DNA of 59,894 bases from Candidatus Buchananbacteria bacterium (lineage in GTDB: Bacteria; Patescibacteriota; Patescibacteriia; Buchananbacterales; UBA6539), in contig JBAYLH010000007.1 of assembly GCA_041664165.1 (NCBI GenBank), positions 1-59,894 on the forward strand, in the 5' to 3' direction. A model generated the notes under the pieces. The model was not told where the DNA came from. It worked only from the letters and a program-made list of their open reading frames with translations, and did no database searches. Every line of letters begins with the position of its first letter. Within the stretch, counting starts at the first letter, position 1. This document shows positions 48,206-57,134 of the stretch, in pieces. The translations under genes were made by a program, and so were the position numbers.

Positions 48206-48715
48206 GTCATTCTGAGTTCCGATCGCCGGCCGTGATGGCAGGTAGGCGACCAGAACGAAGAATCTCGACTCAATGAGACAAACCGAGATCCTTCGGCCTC
48301 CGGCCTCAGGATGACAATTCGGCGTATAGCTGTTTTAATTTCCAGGCTAAGCCTCAAGACAAGTCTCAGTCTCCAAGCTGTGTCGTCTAAAGACCAACAC
48401 TTGTGTTGACCGCTAATACTACAAAACAAGTTTTGTTCACCTCGCTTGACGCGAGTCGAAGCGGGCTCGCCTCGATTCGGCGAAGCGGGCTCGCCTCGCT
48501 TCGACTCGGAATCGACTCGGCGAAGCGGGCTCGCCTCGACTCAACCGCCCGCTTAACGTGAGTCGAAGCGGGTTCTCCGGGCTGCATCGCACTTGTGCTA
48601 CCAATCGGATAACCCCGCACTAAAACTTAGTATTTGTAACTGCTCGGCTTCGCCTCACAGACAAATACTAAAAAAAAGACCAGCTAAGCTCGTCTTAAAC
48701 GACAAGTAGCTGGTC
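48206..48715. repeat. Composite repeat element copy 1 (REP-like unit, GAAGCGGGCTCGCCTCG array, conserved hairpins/terminator)
   Basis: Shares 48393-48440 and 48627-48715 with the element at 51284-51938. Confidence 0.8.
48671..48715 (-). terminator. Intrinsic terminator after purC
   Basis: GACCAGCTA...TAGCTGGTC stem followed by T-run on the - strand; near-identical one at 51891-51938 after purH. Confidence 0.7.
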
Positions 48716-48797
48716 AGAATAGTTTTCCTCCTGTTGCGCGACCTCAGCCGACGTAATCGTCGAACATTTGGTCTATGGCAATAGACTCCCGCCGAGC

Positions 48798-49733
48798 TTA
48801 GGCGACGAATTCTCGTCCCATAAGGTGACGATAAGCTTCGAGATAGGCTTTCCGCGTATTGCTGACAACTTCATCCGGAAGCCTCGGCGGCGGGGAATTT
48901 TTGTTCCAGCCAAACTGTGTCAACCAGTCGCGCAAATTTTGTTTATCCCAACTGACTGGCGACCTGCCAACCACGACTCCAGCGGCCGGCGAGAAACGCG
49001 ACGAATCCGGCGTGTGCACTTCGTCGATAAGAATCAGTTTCCCATCACGGGTGCGGCCGAATTCATACTTGGTGTCGAGGAGGCTGATACCGCGTCGCAA
49101 CGCCCAAAGGGCAGCGGCGGAATAAAGCATCAGGCTCCGCTCTCGAATAGCGACGGCAGTCCGCCGACCCAGAATTTCCACGGCTTTCCCAAATGAAACA
49201 TTCTCGTCGTGCAGACCCTGTCGTGCCTTAGTGGCTGGAGTGAAAATCGGCGGCTCAAGCGGACTGGCTAGTTGCAGGCCTTCGGGCAATTTAATCCCGC
49301 AGACCAAACCAGTCTTTTGGTAATCGGTCAAGGCCGAACCAAGCAAGTAGCCACGAACCACGCACTCCACTGGCAAGGCTTCGACCTTGCGTACCAATAT
49401 GCTTCGACCGGCCAAAATCTTGGCCAGCGACTTGAGCGTGGGACGAAGCTTCACAATCTCATCCCACACTCCGGAAATCAGATGGGTCGAAAGTCCCAGA
49501 CCTTGGGCAAACTGCAATCCCAAAAGCGAAAGGTCGGTCAAAATCTTGCCCTTGCCAGGGACTGCCGGAGTCTGGTTCCAATCGAAGGCCGATACTTCGT
49601 CGCTGGCAACCATCAATAGTATGCCGCCGCCGACTTCGACCATGACGCGAACCTTACCGACCTTATTGACCATTAAGCCCTGACTGACCAAGGCAGATCG
49701 AATAGCACTGCGAGTAACACCTGTTTCATTCAT
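48798..49733 (-). CDS. purC: SAICAR synthetase
   Basis: GKVR, SAFD, PGKG, VECVVRGY, FTPATKA, DTKYEFG and DEVHTPDSSRF motifs; SD AAAGGA before the ATG at 49733. Confidence 0.92.
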   Translation of the reverse strand: MNETGVTRSAIRSALVSQGLMVNKVGKVRVMVEVGGGILLMVASDEVSAFDWNQTPAVPGKGKILTDLSLLGLQFAQGLGLSTHLISGVWDEIVKLRPTLKSLAKILAGRSILVRKVEALPVECVVRGYLLGSALTDYQKTGLVCGIKLPEGLQLASPLEPPIFTPATKARQGLHDENVSFGKAVEILGRRTAVAIRERSLMLYSAAALWALRRGISLLDTKYEFGRTRDGKLILIDEVHTPDSSRFSPAAGVVVGRSPVSWDKQNLRDWLTQFGWNKNSPPPRLPDEVVSNTRKAYLEAYRHLMGREFVA

Positions 49734-49813
49734 GATAGTTCCTTTCATCTTTGAGTTTTGCCTGCCGGCGATCAAGTCTCACAATAGACATGAACCGGTT
49801 TTTAGCATCCACG

Positions 49814-51007
49814 TTAGATAATCCGGCCCGCTATCGGCGCACCGTTTTGGGCACACTCTACTGCCGCTTCAATGAAGCGCATACCTCTAACACCATTCTC
49901 AACACCGGCATAGTTTACTCCGGCGTGGATTGAGGGTAAACCGCGGTAATAGCGCCGGACATCGACTTCGAAAAAGTCATAGAGCCGACACCAGGCGTCA
50001 TGCAATCCTTCCGGATGACCACTGGGCCAATAAGTTTTGAGTAGCTCTCTTGGCACGGCTTTCAAAAATCCGTCATGGGCGCAGACATTGCCGCGCCAAT
50101 ATACCAGATCCGGTTTGTTAATCCGACAGACGGTCAGCTCTTCGGGTTTTTCCTGATCCCAAATGACACTACCTTTGTCGCCGTTGACTTCGAACTGCAA
50201 ATGGTTTTTATGACCCACCCGGACTTGCGACGCCCGGATATCAAATGGCGTTCCGTCAGCCAACTGGGCGCAGACCGTAAAGTCGTCATCGAGTCGGCGT
50301 TGACCAATCAAACTGGCTAGCCGGGCAAAGCTAATCTGACTGACAGGCAATCCGGTCACAAATTCCAGTTGCATCAGCGCGTGCGTACCGATGTCGCCGC
50401 CGCAGCCGCTCATACCGGCCTTAGCCGGATCGGTACGCCATTCGGCTTGCTGGTTTCCCATTTTTTCCAGTTGAGTTACTAGCCAATCTTGGTCGTATTC
50501 GGCCGTGGCTTTGATCACCCGGCCAATCAAACCTTGCTGGATAATGAACCGGGCAAAACGCGCGGTCCAATGGCCCCAATAGCCGTGCATCAACATGAAT
50601 GGCACCCCGGTCTTAACAACCGCCGCGGTCAATTCATCGGCTTCCGCCACAGTCATAGTCATCGGCTTTTCGCAGACGACCGGAATTCCAGCTTTCACAA
50701 ACGCCATTGCCTGTTCAAAATGACAGAAGTTTGGCGTCGTGATGACCGCGAAATCAATCCGGTCATTTGCCGGCAAGCCTTGCTGGTGAGCCAGCATCTC
50801 CTGCCAACTGGCATAGCCGTGCAGTGGATAGCGCCACTGCTTAGCCGCCGCCAGAGCAGTCTCCGGATCCTGGTGCAAGGCGGCATAAACTACCCGGCGC
50901 GTCCCCGACATGAAAATCGCGGCTTCATGGTGGGACGCAATAAAGGCCTGATGACCGCCAACCACACCAGCCTGAAGAACTTGATTCCTTCCGACTTTTT
51001 TCTTCAT
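49814..51007 (-). CDS. Gfo/Idh/MocA-family oxidoreductase
   Basis: ITTPNFCH, VVCEKPM, GCGGDIGTHA and GHPEG motifs; ATG at 51007 chosen. Confidence 0.9.
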   Translation of the reverse strand: MKKKVGRNQVLQAGVVGGHQAFIASHHEAAIFMSGTRRVVYAALHQDPETALAAAKQWRYPLHGYASWQEMLAHQQGLPANDRIDFAVITTPNFCHFEQAMAFVKAGIPVVCEKPMTMTVAEADELTAAVVKTGVPFMLMHGYWGHWTARFARFIIQQGLIGRVIKATAEYDQDWLVTQLEKMGNQQAEWRTDPAKAGMSGCGGDIGTHALMQLEFVTGLPVSQISFARLASLIGQRRLDDDFTVCAQLADGTPFDIRASQVRVGHKNHLQFEVNGDKGSVIWDQEKPEELTVCRINKPDLVYWRGNVCAHDGFLKAVPRELLKTYWPSGHPEGLHDAWCRLYDFFEVDVRRYYRGLPSIHAGVNYAGVENGVRGMRFIEAAVECAQNGAPIAGRII

Positions 51008-51283
51008 CGCTTTTCTCCCTCTCAACTAGGTTAGCCCAAATCTCAAAACAGAAAGTCTGTTCAGCTATACTCTAACAGTAGAGATAATTAACTCTTCTAC
51101 TGAATTGATGTCAAAAAACAAAGCCTTTCCTTGCCCCGCCGTCGCCCCAAGCTTATCAAGCGGCAAAAGCGAGCCTCTAAAAAAGACCCGAAACCGGTTT
51201 TAAATTAGCAAAAAAACCGCTCAATGTCAAGGCAATTCGAAAATTTTTTGTCCCTTAAATACCCAAAAAATCAAAAATATTTT

Positions 51284-51938
51284 AATTTGTCATTCCACAC
51301 TGGTCTATTGATGACAGGCTTGAGGCGGAATCCAGGAGTCCTTTTTTGCCGCCCATGGCGACATAAGCCCAGGGCTACGCCTCATAACAAATCTCGGATT
51401 CCCAAGCCGCGCCGTCTGGCGGAGACCAACACTTGTGTTGGCCGCTAAAACTACAAAACAAGTTTTGTTCGCCTCGATTCGGCGAAGCGGGCTCGCCTCG
51501 ATTCCGATCGCTTCCGAGTCGAAGCGGGCTCGCCTCGATTCGGCGAAGCGGGCTCGCCTCGATTCCGATCGCTTCCGAGTCGGAGCGGGCTCGCCTCGCT
51601 TGACGCGAGTCGGAGCGGGCTCGCCTCGCTCGACGCGAGTCGGAGCGGGCTCTCCACTAGTCAAGTTAAGCTGCCGGACTAAAGTCCGGCCTGCGTGGAG
51701 AACCCAGCTTATCCCGCTCCAAGTTTGCGAACCGGCTTTAATTAATATTATCGTCTAGTTGGCGCAAAGATCGCCTTACCTGAAATAAACTCAATTATCG
51801 GCTGGTAAGATTAATAATCATGTTTAATTAGGAACTTGGTGCGGGATTAGTATTTGTAACTGCTCGGCTTCACCTCGCGGACAAATATTAAAAAAAAGAC
51901 CAGCTAAGCTCGTCTTATATTGACAAGTCTAACTGGTC
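51284..51938. repeat. Composite repeat element copy 2
   Basis: First ~220 bp nearly identical to 59573-59790; internal array of six (A/G)GCGGGCTC cores; right end shared with copy 1. Confidence 0.9.
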
Positions 51939-51967
51939 GAGATACTCCCTCCGCCTCTTGGCGAGGC

Positions 51968-53632
51968 TTAATGGCCGGCAAAACCGCGATCTTCCGGCGG
52001 CAAGTAAGCCACCGAAACGCCATTTTTCGAAAAGTACTCCTGCACTTTGGGCAGCTCTTTGCCGTCGGCCGGAACTACGCCGCCGACACAACCGGCTTGC
52101 ACCAAAAGTTCTGGACCTTCCAATGGTTCGCCCTCAAACCCGTGTTCAGCATACGGAAAGAAGGCATCGGAAGCAAAGACCGCACCGTTTGTATCGTGGC
52201 CGGAACGTCTGGCGCGATCCAGACAAAGCTGAACGCAGGCAATGCGATCCTGCTGGCCACAACCCAAACCGATAAGCATGCTATCTTTGGCTAAAGCAAC
52301 CGTGTTACTAGTAGCCCGCCAAGTTATTACCTGTGCCAATAAAAGATTGCCTAGCTGAACAGAAACGAACTGCTCCTCTGTTGTCCGCCAAGTGATATCA
52401 AGGCTGCTCTGGTCGAAAATAAACCACGGCGCTTTCTGCTGGAGCCAGCCGCTAGGAACCGGCCGCCGCATCCAAACTTCCGACGACATCGGCGGATCAA
52501 GTAATACTGGATTGGAAAACAACCGGCGCTTCTCCCGCTTGCCGAGCAATTCAATACTGGTGGCTGAAAACTCGGGAGCAAAAATCACGTCTAACCCCCA
52601 ATTCTTCCGCCCCACCAAGTTAACCAGATCTTTCGGCACGGCAAAAATCGCCGTACCCAATTCATCGGTAATTTCAAAGTTGGTTACCAGCTCGCCGCCC
52701 ATGCACGCGATCGGATCGCCGAGCAAAGCATTCTGCAAAGCCACGTACGGATATTTCCAATCAAATGCCGCACCGCACGGATTGCCGTGTTTACAAATCA
52801 CGGCGATATAAGGCACCGTGCCGTGGAAGTTACGGCGAAATGACTCAGCCAAAAACCGCAGGATGCTGATGGCTTTATCACCATCAGCAAAGCTAATGTA
52901 GCTGGGATTGCCAGAAACAACGGAAAACCTGGCTAACGCCAGCGGATCATGCGGTCTCGGCGACAGGTTTCCATACAGATACGCCGGATTCTGGTCACGA
53001 TTTTCCCCATAAGCCACCTCACGCAACCGTTGACCAACCACACCATCAAATTCGCCACCACTGTGAAAACGGGCGGCGTCAAGGCAATAACCAGACACGA
53101 TCGCTTCGGCCTTAGCCCGCAGGTATTGACGGGTTTTTGCGTCAACGTCGCCAATGGTCTTGAGCGACTCAGTAACCAAGGCTCGGTCTTCGGGATCACA
53201 AATAACGATCCGACCGCCTTTGGCTGCCGACCGAACCATGGTTGGTCCGCCGATATCAGTCTGTTCCACGACAGCGTCAACCGTTACACCCGCTTTGGCG
53301 ATTTCCTCGGCGAGCGGATAGAAATCACAGCAGACCATCTCAATCCGGGGAATGTTCAGTCTGGCCAGTTCGTCTCGGTCTTCCTGACAATCACGGGCCA
53401 AAAGGCCGGCGTGAACTTCACGCGATAAAGTCACTACCCGGTGACCCAAAATCGCACCGCCGCCGACCAGATCGGCCACGTCTTTGACTTCCAGTCCAGC
53501 CTCACGCAAATGGCGACAAGTACCACCTGAAGCCAGAAGATGCCAGCCCAAACCAACTAGCTTTTGGGCAAACCCGGTAATACCGTCCTTACTGTAGACG
53601 CTTAATAGCGCCCATTTATCTGTTTCACTCAT
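51968..53632 (-). CDS. purH: Bifunctional AICAR transformylase/IMP cyclohydrolase
   Basis: ALLSV, SGGT, DIGGPTMVRSAAK, YGENRDQ, KHGNPCG, GQQDRI and ASDAFFP motifs. Confidence 0.92.
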   Translation of the reverse strand: MSETDKWALLSVYSKDGITGFAQKLVGLGWHLLASGGTCRHLREAGLEVKDVADLVGGGAILGHRVVTLSREVHAGLLARDCQEDRDELARLNIPRIEMVCCDFYPLAEEIAKAGVTVDAVVEQTDIGGPTMVRSAAKGGRIVICDPEDRALVTESLKTIGDVDAKTRQYLRAKAEAIVSGYCLDAARFHSGGEFDGVVGQRLREVAYGENRDQNPAYLYGNLSPRPHDPLALARFSVVSGNPSYISFADGDKAISILRFLAESFRRNFHGTVPYIAVICKHGNPCGAAFDWKYPYVALQNALLGDPIACMGGELVTNFEITDELGTAIFAVPKDLVNLVGRKNWGLDVIFAPEFSATSIELLGKREKRRLFSNPVLLDPPMSSEVWMRRPVPSGWLQQKAPWFIFDQSSLDITWRTTEEQFVSVQLGNLLLAQVITWRATSNTVALAKDSMLIGLGCGQQDRIACVQLCLDRARRSGHDTNGAVFASDAFFPYAEHGFEGEPLEGPELLVQAGCVGGVVPADGKELPKVQEYFSKNGVSVAYLPPEDRGFAGH

Positions 53633-53670
53633 CGCTTCCTTCTCCTTTTTCTTGCTCCTGCATTAGGAGC

Positions 53671-54168
53671 TTAGGGTTGTTCTTCTTTAGCGCCACAACC
53701 AGCACACTGATCAGCAGACGCTTCTTCAAGCATTGCCACTATCAGACCATCGGCATGTTGCAAAACCTCTTCGGTTACTAAGATTTGACAACCAACCACC
53801 CGAAGGGCTACAGCGATTGCATCACCGGGCCGGCAGTCAATCCGAGTTAAGGTTTCCTTTTCCGGTTCCGAATAAATAAGCTGGCCGATAAAGGTGCCAT
53901 CTACTAATTCGGAGATAAGAACTTCGGCTCTAGTCGAACTCCCGACCATTGTTTTGGCAACCAGGTCATGTATTAGCGGCCGAGGCGGCTTATTACAATC
54001 CAACGCCAGACGAATGGCAGTGGCTTCGAATCGGTTTACAACAAGAACCAAATCCGTTTCACCACTTGCCATCGTAACCAAAAAACGGCCGCTATCCTCA
54101 ATTACCCCGACACCGGAGATTCTGGCAGTGTAATAGGTAATCCCATCTCTAGTCACTCTCATCTTCAT
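53671..54168 (-). CDS. Bifunctional nuclease (DUF151/BFN) family protein
   Basis: EATAI, PRPLIHDL, DGTFIG and IDCRPGDAIAVALR motifs; SD GGAAAGGAG before the ATG at 54168. Confidence 0.85.
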   Translation of the reverse strand: MKMRVTRDGITYYTARISGVGVIEDSGRFLVTMASGETDLVLVVNRFEATAIRLALDCNKPPRPLIHDLVAKTMVGSSTRAEVLISELVDGTFIGQLIYSEPEKETLTRIDCRPGDAIAVALRVVGCQILVTEEVLQHADGLIVAMLEEASADQCAGCGAKEEQP

Positions 54169-54178
54169 CGCTCCTTTC

Positions 54179-55657
54179 CTATTCCCCTGCTTCCCACCAG
54201 AGGGTTTTTTCCGCTTCCGCTTGCGCAATCTTGACTGCGTCGCCGACATAGAGTTGCGGGTTACGCAGCAATTCCTTAGTACTGACCGGAACTTTCTTCC
54301 AGGCTCGCCTAATGGCTTTATTTTCTTTCTGACCGACCAATGAGTCCATCGCCATTCCCAAGTCCTGATTCGTCAAACGCGCTAACGGCACCACGGTCCG
54401 GTTGACAAACTCGTGAGCGCCGATAAAGCCCTGCTGTTGCAAAGACAAATAGAGCAGCTCAGCCATTACGACATTAGCATCGACGGCAAAATTTTGCCGA
54501 CAACGTTCAGAGTCAATCACCAGACTCTTCAAAATCCGCAGCGTGGTTAACATCTGTTCATACGTGTAGACCATAACTTCGGAATAACCCCGCATCACGC
54601 AAGACCATCGTAGATCACGCTGCAAATCACAAACCAAAGTCAGCAGCAGCCGATTGAAAGCGGCAATGACAATAACGTGCATGCCGGCGTCATTTTCGGC
54701 CGCAATCGGATTAGTCATCTTGTGCGCCATCGTCGAAGAGGACGAAGACGCCGAAGTCAATTCGCCGCACATTGACGATTGCAGAATTCTGACATCTTCA
54801 CCCAGGTTAGCCATCGCACCGGAAAGCAAAACCATTTCGCTGTAACAGCGATAGGCACCTTCCGGCGGCGTGATCTGGGTTGTAATGGCCGCTTGCGGCA
54901 AGCCAAGCAAATCCAGCATCATTTTTTCGGCATTGACATCGCCAAACAGCTCCCGCTGCGCGGCAAAACTGCCAACCGCACCGGAAACCTTACCCGGCAC
55001 TTCATGAGCATACCGGCCGGCTTGCCGCGCCGTCAGGACAAATCGGCTATGCAGATTCGCCAGCCAAAAACCGACAGTTACCGGCAAGGCGGTCTGTAAA
55101 TGAGTCCGACCGGCGCAAACCACTTCGGCATTTTCGGCAATCCTTTGCCGCCAGAGCTCATCAACTTCGCAAAGCTTCGGCCAGAAAACCAGATCGTAGG
55201 TCTTGGCAATTTGCAACGCGTATGCCGTGTTAATAATGTCATACGACGTCGCGCCAAAGTGCAGCCAACGTTGCAGTTCCGGCGGCAGATACTTCCGCAT
55301 CAGCCGCAGTAAAGCCAGGATGTCGTGGTTGGTTTTGTTCAGCGCCTGCTTTTCTTCGTAGTCCTGCATCGTCGTCGTGATACTGAAAAGCAATTTCTGT
55401 AACCGACGAACCGTCAGGTACTTAGCATGCTGTTTCGGCATAACACCAATTTTGGCCAAAGTCAAAAGCCAAAACCATTCGACAATGACGAGCCAGCCAG
55501 CCCACTGATCGTAGCCGAGGTAAGGCCGTAAATCATTGGGTTGGTAGCGGGGATCACCAGGCATCTGTAAATTCAGATTGCCTTTTTTCCTTTCAACAGC
55601 GGTCAAAGCATCCAAAGCTTCGGTCAGCCATTTTTTACCATCAGTCAATGCAATCAT
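54179..55657 (-). CDS. purB: Adenylosuccinate lyase-like protein (fumarase/ASL superfamily), divergent
   Basis: LHFGATSYDI, GRTHLQ, GKVSGAVG, TTQI and SSTMAHKMTNPI signatures. Confidence 0.82.
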   Translation of the reverse strand: MIALTDGKKWLTEALDALTAVERKKGNLNLQMPGDPRYQPNDLRPYLGYDQWAGWLVIVEWFWLLTLAKIGVMPKQHAKYLTVRRLQKLLFSITTTMQDYEEKQALNKTNHDILALLRLMRKYLPPELQRWLHFGATSYDIINTAYALQIAKTYDLVFWPKLCEVDELWRQRIAENAEVVCAGRTHLQTALPVTVGFWLANLHSRFVLTARQAGRYAHEVPGKVSGAVGSFAAQRELFGDVNAEKMMLDLLGLPQAAITTQITPPEGAYRCYSEMVLLSGAMANLGEDVRILQSSMCGELTSASSSSSTMAHKMTNPIAAENDAGMHVIVIAAFNRLLLTLVCDLQRDLRWSCVMRGYSEVMVYTYEQMLTTLRILKSLVIDSERCRQNFAVDANVVMAELLYLSLQQQGFIGAHEFVNRTVVPLARLTNQDLGMAMDSLVGQKENKAIRRAWKKVPVSTKELLRNPQLYVGDAVKIAQAEAEKTLWWEAGE

Positions 55658-55996
55658 GATCTTTCTCCTCTACCCTCAGTTTCTATCCCAAACTTCATCC
55701 AAATTCAAAATGTCAAAAAACAAAGTCCCTCCTTGCCTCGTCGTAACCACAAGTTTACCAAGTAACAGAGGCGGGCAGGGACTTGCAAGTGCCTTTAAAT
55801 TAACAAAAAATCACCCTTAATGTCAAGGTAAATTTTTTAGGCTGATAACCCTAAAACTTAATTCAAAAATAAGGATTCTCAGCTGCTTGTTTCCCCCGGC
55901 TGGGACATTTTTCCATCGGCGATTGAAAAAAATTCTCCTCCCTGCTAAACTAACCTTGCCTCCTGAATTTATAATTCATAATCTATAATTTCACTC

Positions 55997-57046
55997 ATGT
56001 CTTTCTCCATTGGCATCGTCGGCCTGCCCAACGTCGGCAAAAGCACCCTCTTCAAGGCTTTAACCAAAAAACAAGTTGATATCGCTAATTACCCCTTTTG
56101 CACCATCGCGCCCAACGTTGGCGTGGTTACCGTACCGGACGAGCGCTTGGATCAACTGTCAAAATTATCCAATTCCGCTAAAACCGTTTACACTACCGTC
56201 GAATTCGTTGATATCGCCGGCTTGGTCAAAGACGCCCACAAAGGCCAGGGTTTAGGCAACCAATTTTTAGCCCACATCCGGGAAGTTGACGCCATTGCCC
56301 AAGTCTTGAGAGAATTTTCGGATCATAACGTCATTCATGTTGATGGCAAAGTCGATCCGGAGTCGGACAAAGAAACTATTAATTTGGAATTAATTTTTGC
56401 CGATTTACAGACGGTTGACAAAAGAATTTCCAAAAACCACAAAGACTTGCGCGCCAATTTAAAAGAGGCCAAAGAACTTCAGTCGGTTTTGGCTAAACTA
56501 AAAACCGGACTGGAAGCCGGCCATTTGGCGAATGAAATTATTACCGAGGAAAAAGAAAAATTAATGGCTCGCGAATTGAATTTATTGACGATGAAACCGA
56601 TGCTTTATGTTTTGAACGTTGACGAAGATAAGGTCGTAGACGATTCCGATTACATTACGACCTCGGCTAAAATTGAAGCTGAGCTGTCCGAACTTTCGCC
56701 AGAGGAAGCCGCAGAATACCTCAAAGAGTTAAAATTAAATTCCTCGGGCTTAGACCGCCTGATTAAAAAATCTTACGAAACTTTGGATTTGATTACTTTT
56801 TTAACCACCGGCCCGACCGAATCGCGCGCTTGGACGATCAAAAAAGGGACGAAAGCGCCCCAGGCCGCCGGCGTCATTCATACTGATTTTGAAAGCCATT
56901 TTATCCGCGCCGAAATCATCAACTGGCAGGACTTGCTCAAAGCCGGCAGCGAAGCCAAGGCTAAAGAGCTTGGTTTGGTTCGGATTGAAGGCAAAGACTA
57001 CGTCATGCAAGACGGCGATACCGTCTATTTCCGAACCGATGTCTAG
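55997..57046 (+). CDS. ychF: Redox-regulated ATPase YchF
   Basis: GIVGLPNVGKST, NYPFCTIAPN, DIAGL, GLGNQFL and EGKDYVMQDGD motifs. Confidence 0.98.
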   Translation: MSFSIGIVGLPNVGKSTLFKALTKKQVDIANYPFCTIAPNVGVVTVPDERLDQLSKLSNSAKTVYTTVEFVDIAGLVKDAHKGQGLGNQFLAHIREVDAIAQVLREFSDHNVIHVDGKVDPESDKETINLELIFADLQTVDKRISKNHKDLRANLKEAKELQSVLAKLKTGLEAGHLANEIITEEKEKLMARELNLLTMKPMLYVLNVDEDKVVDDSDYITTSAKIEAELSELSPEEAAEYLKELKLNSSGLDRLIKKSYETLDLITFLTTGPTESRAWTIKKGTKAPQAAGVIHTDFESHFIRAEIINWQDLLKAGSEAKAKELGLVRIEGKDYVMQDGDTVYFRTDV

Positions 57047-57134
57047 ATTTTATCAATTCCCCTCGCCCCGCTTCAGCGGGGAGAGGGTTCAAGTCACTTT
57101 TCAGTGGGTGAGGGGAAAAAAGATAAACTTTGAA

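Noticed and set aside
48720-48797. Integron attC sites after accessory genes
   Set aside because: No RYYYAAC...GTTRRRY boxes with the expected inner repeats were seen, there is no integron integrase, and the cassettes carry their own promoters.
51305-51758. ORFs 51305-51664, 51435-51758, 51451-51657 and similarly 48172-48620 and 21403-21696
   Set aside because: These are translations of the palindromic repeat arrays (RGEPAPTR/ESRRAR) with no SD or gene-like composition.
52900-53632. PurH variant RVVTLS instead of RVKTLH as evidence of a dead cyclohydrolase
   Set aside because: Other motif residues (YP, DIGG, AAK) are kept and I cannot establish loss of function from sequence alone; it needs alignment with characterised enzymes.
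54169-54249. Lys/Arg-rich N-terminal extension of the DUF151 protein
   Set aside because: It overlaps the purB 3' end, and the SD sits directly before the ATG at 54168.
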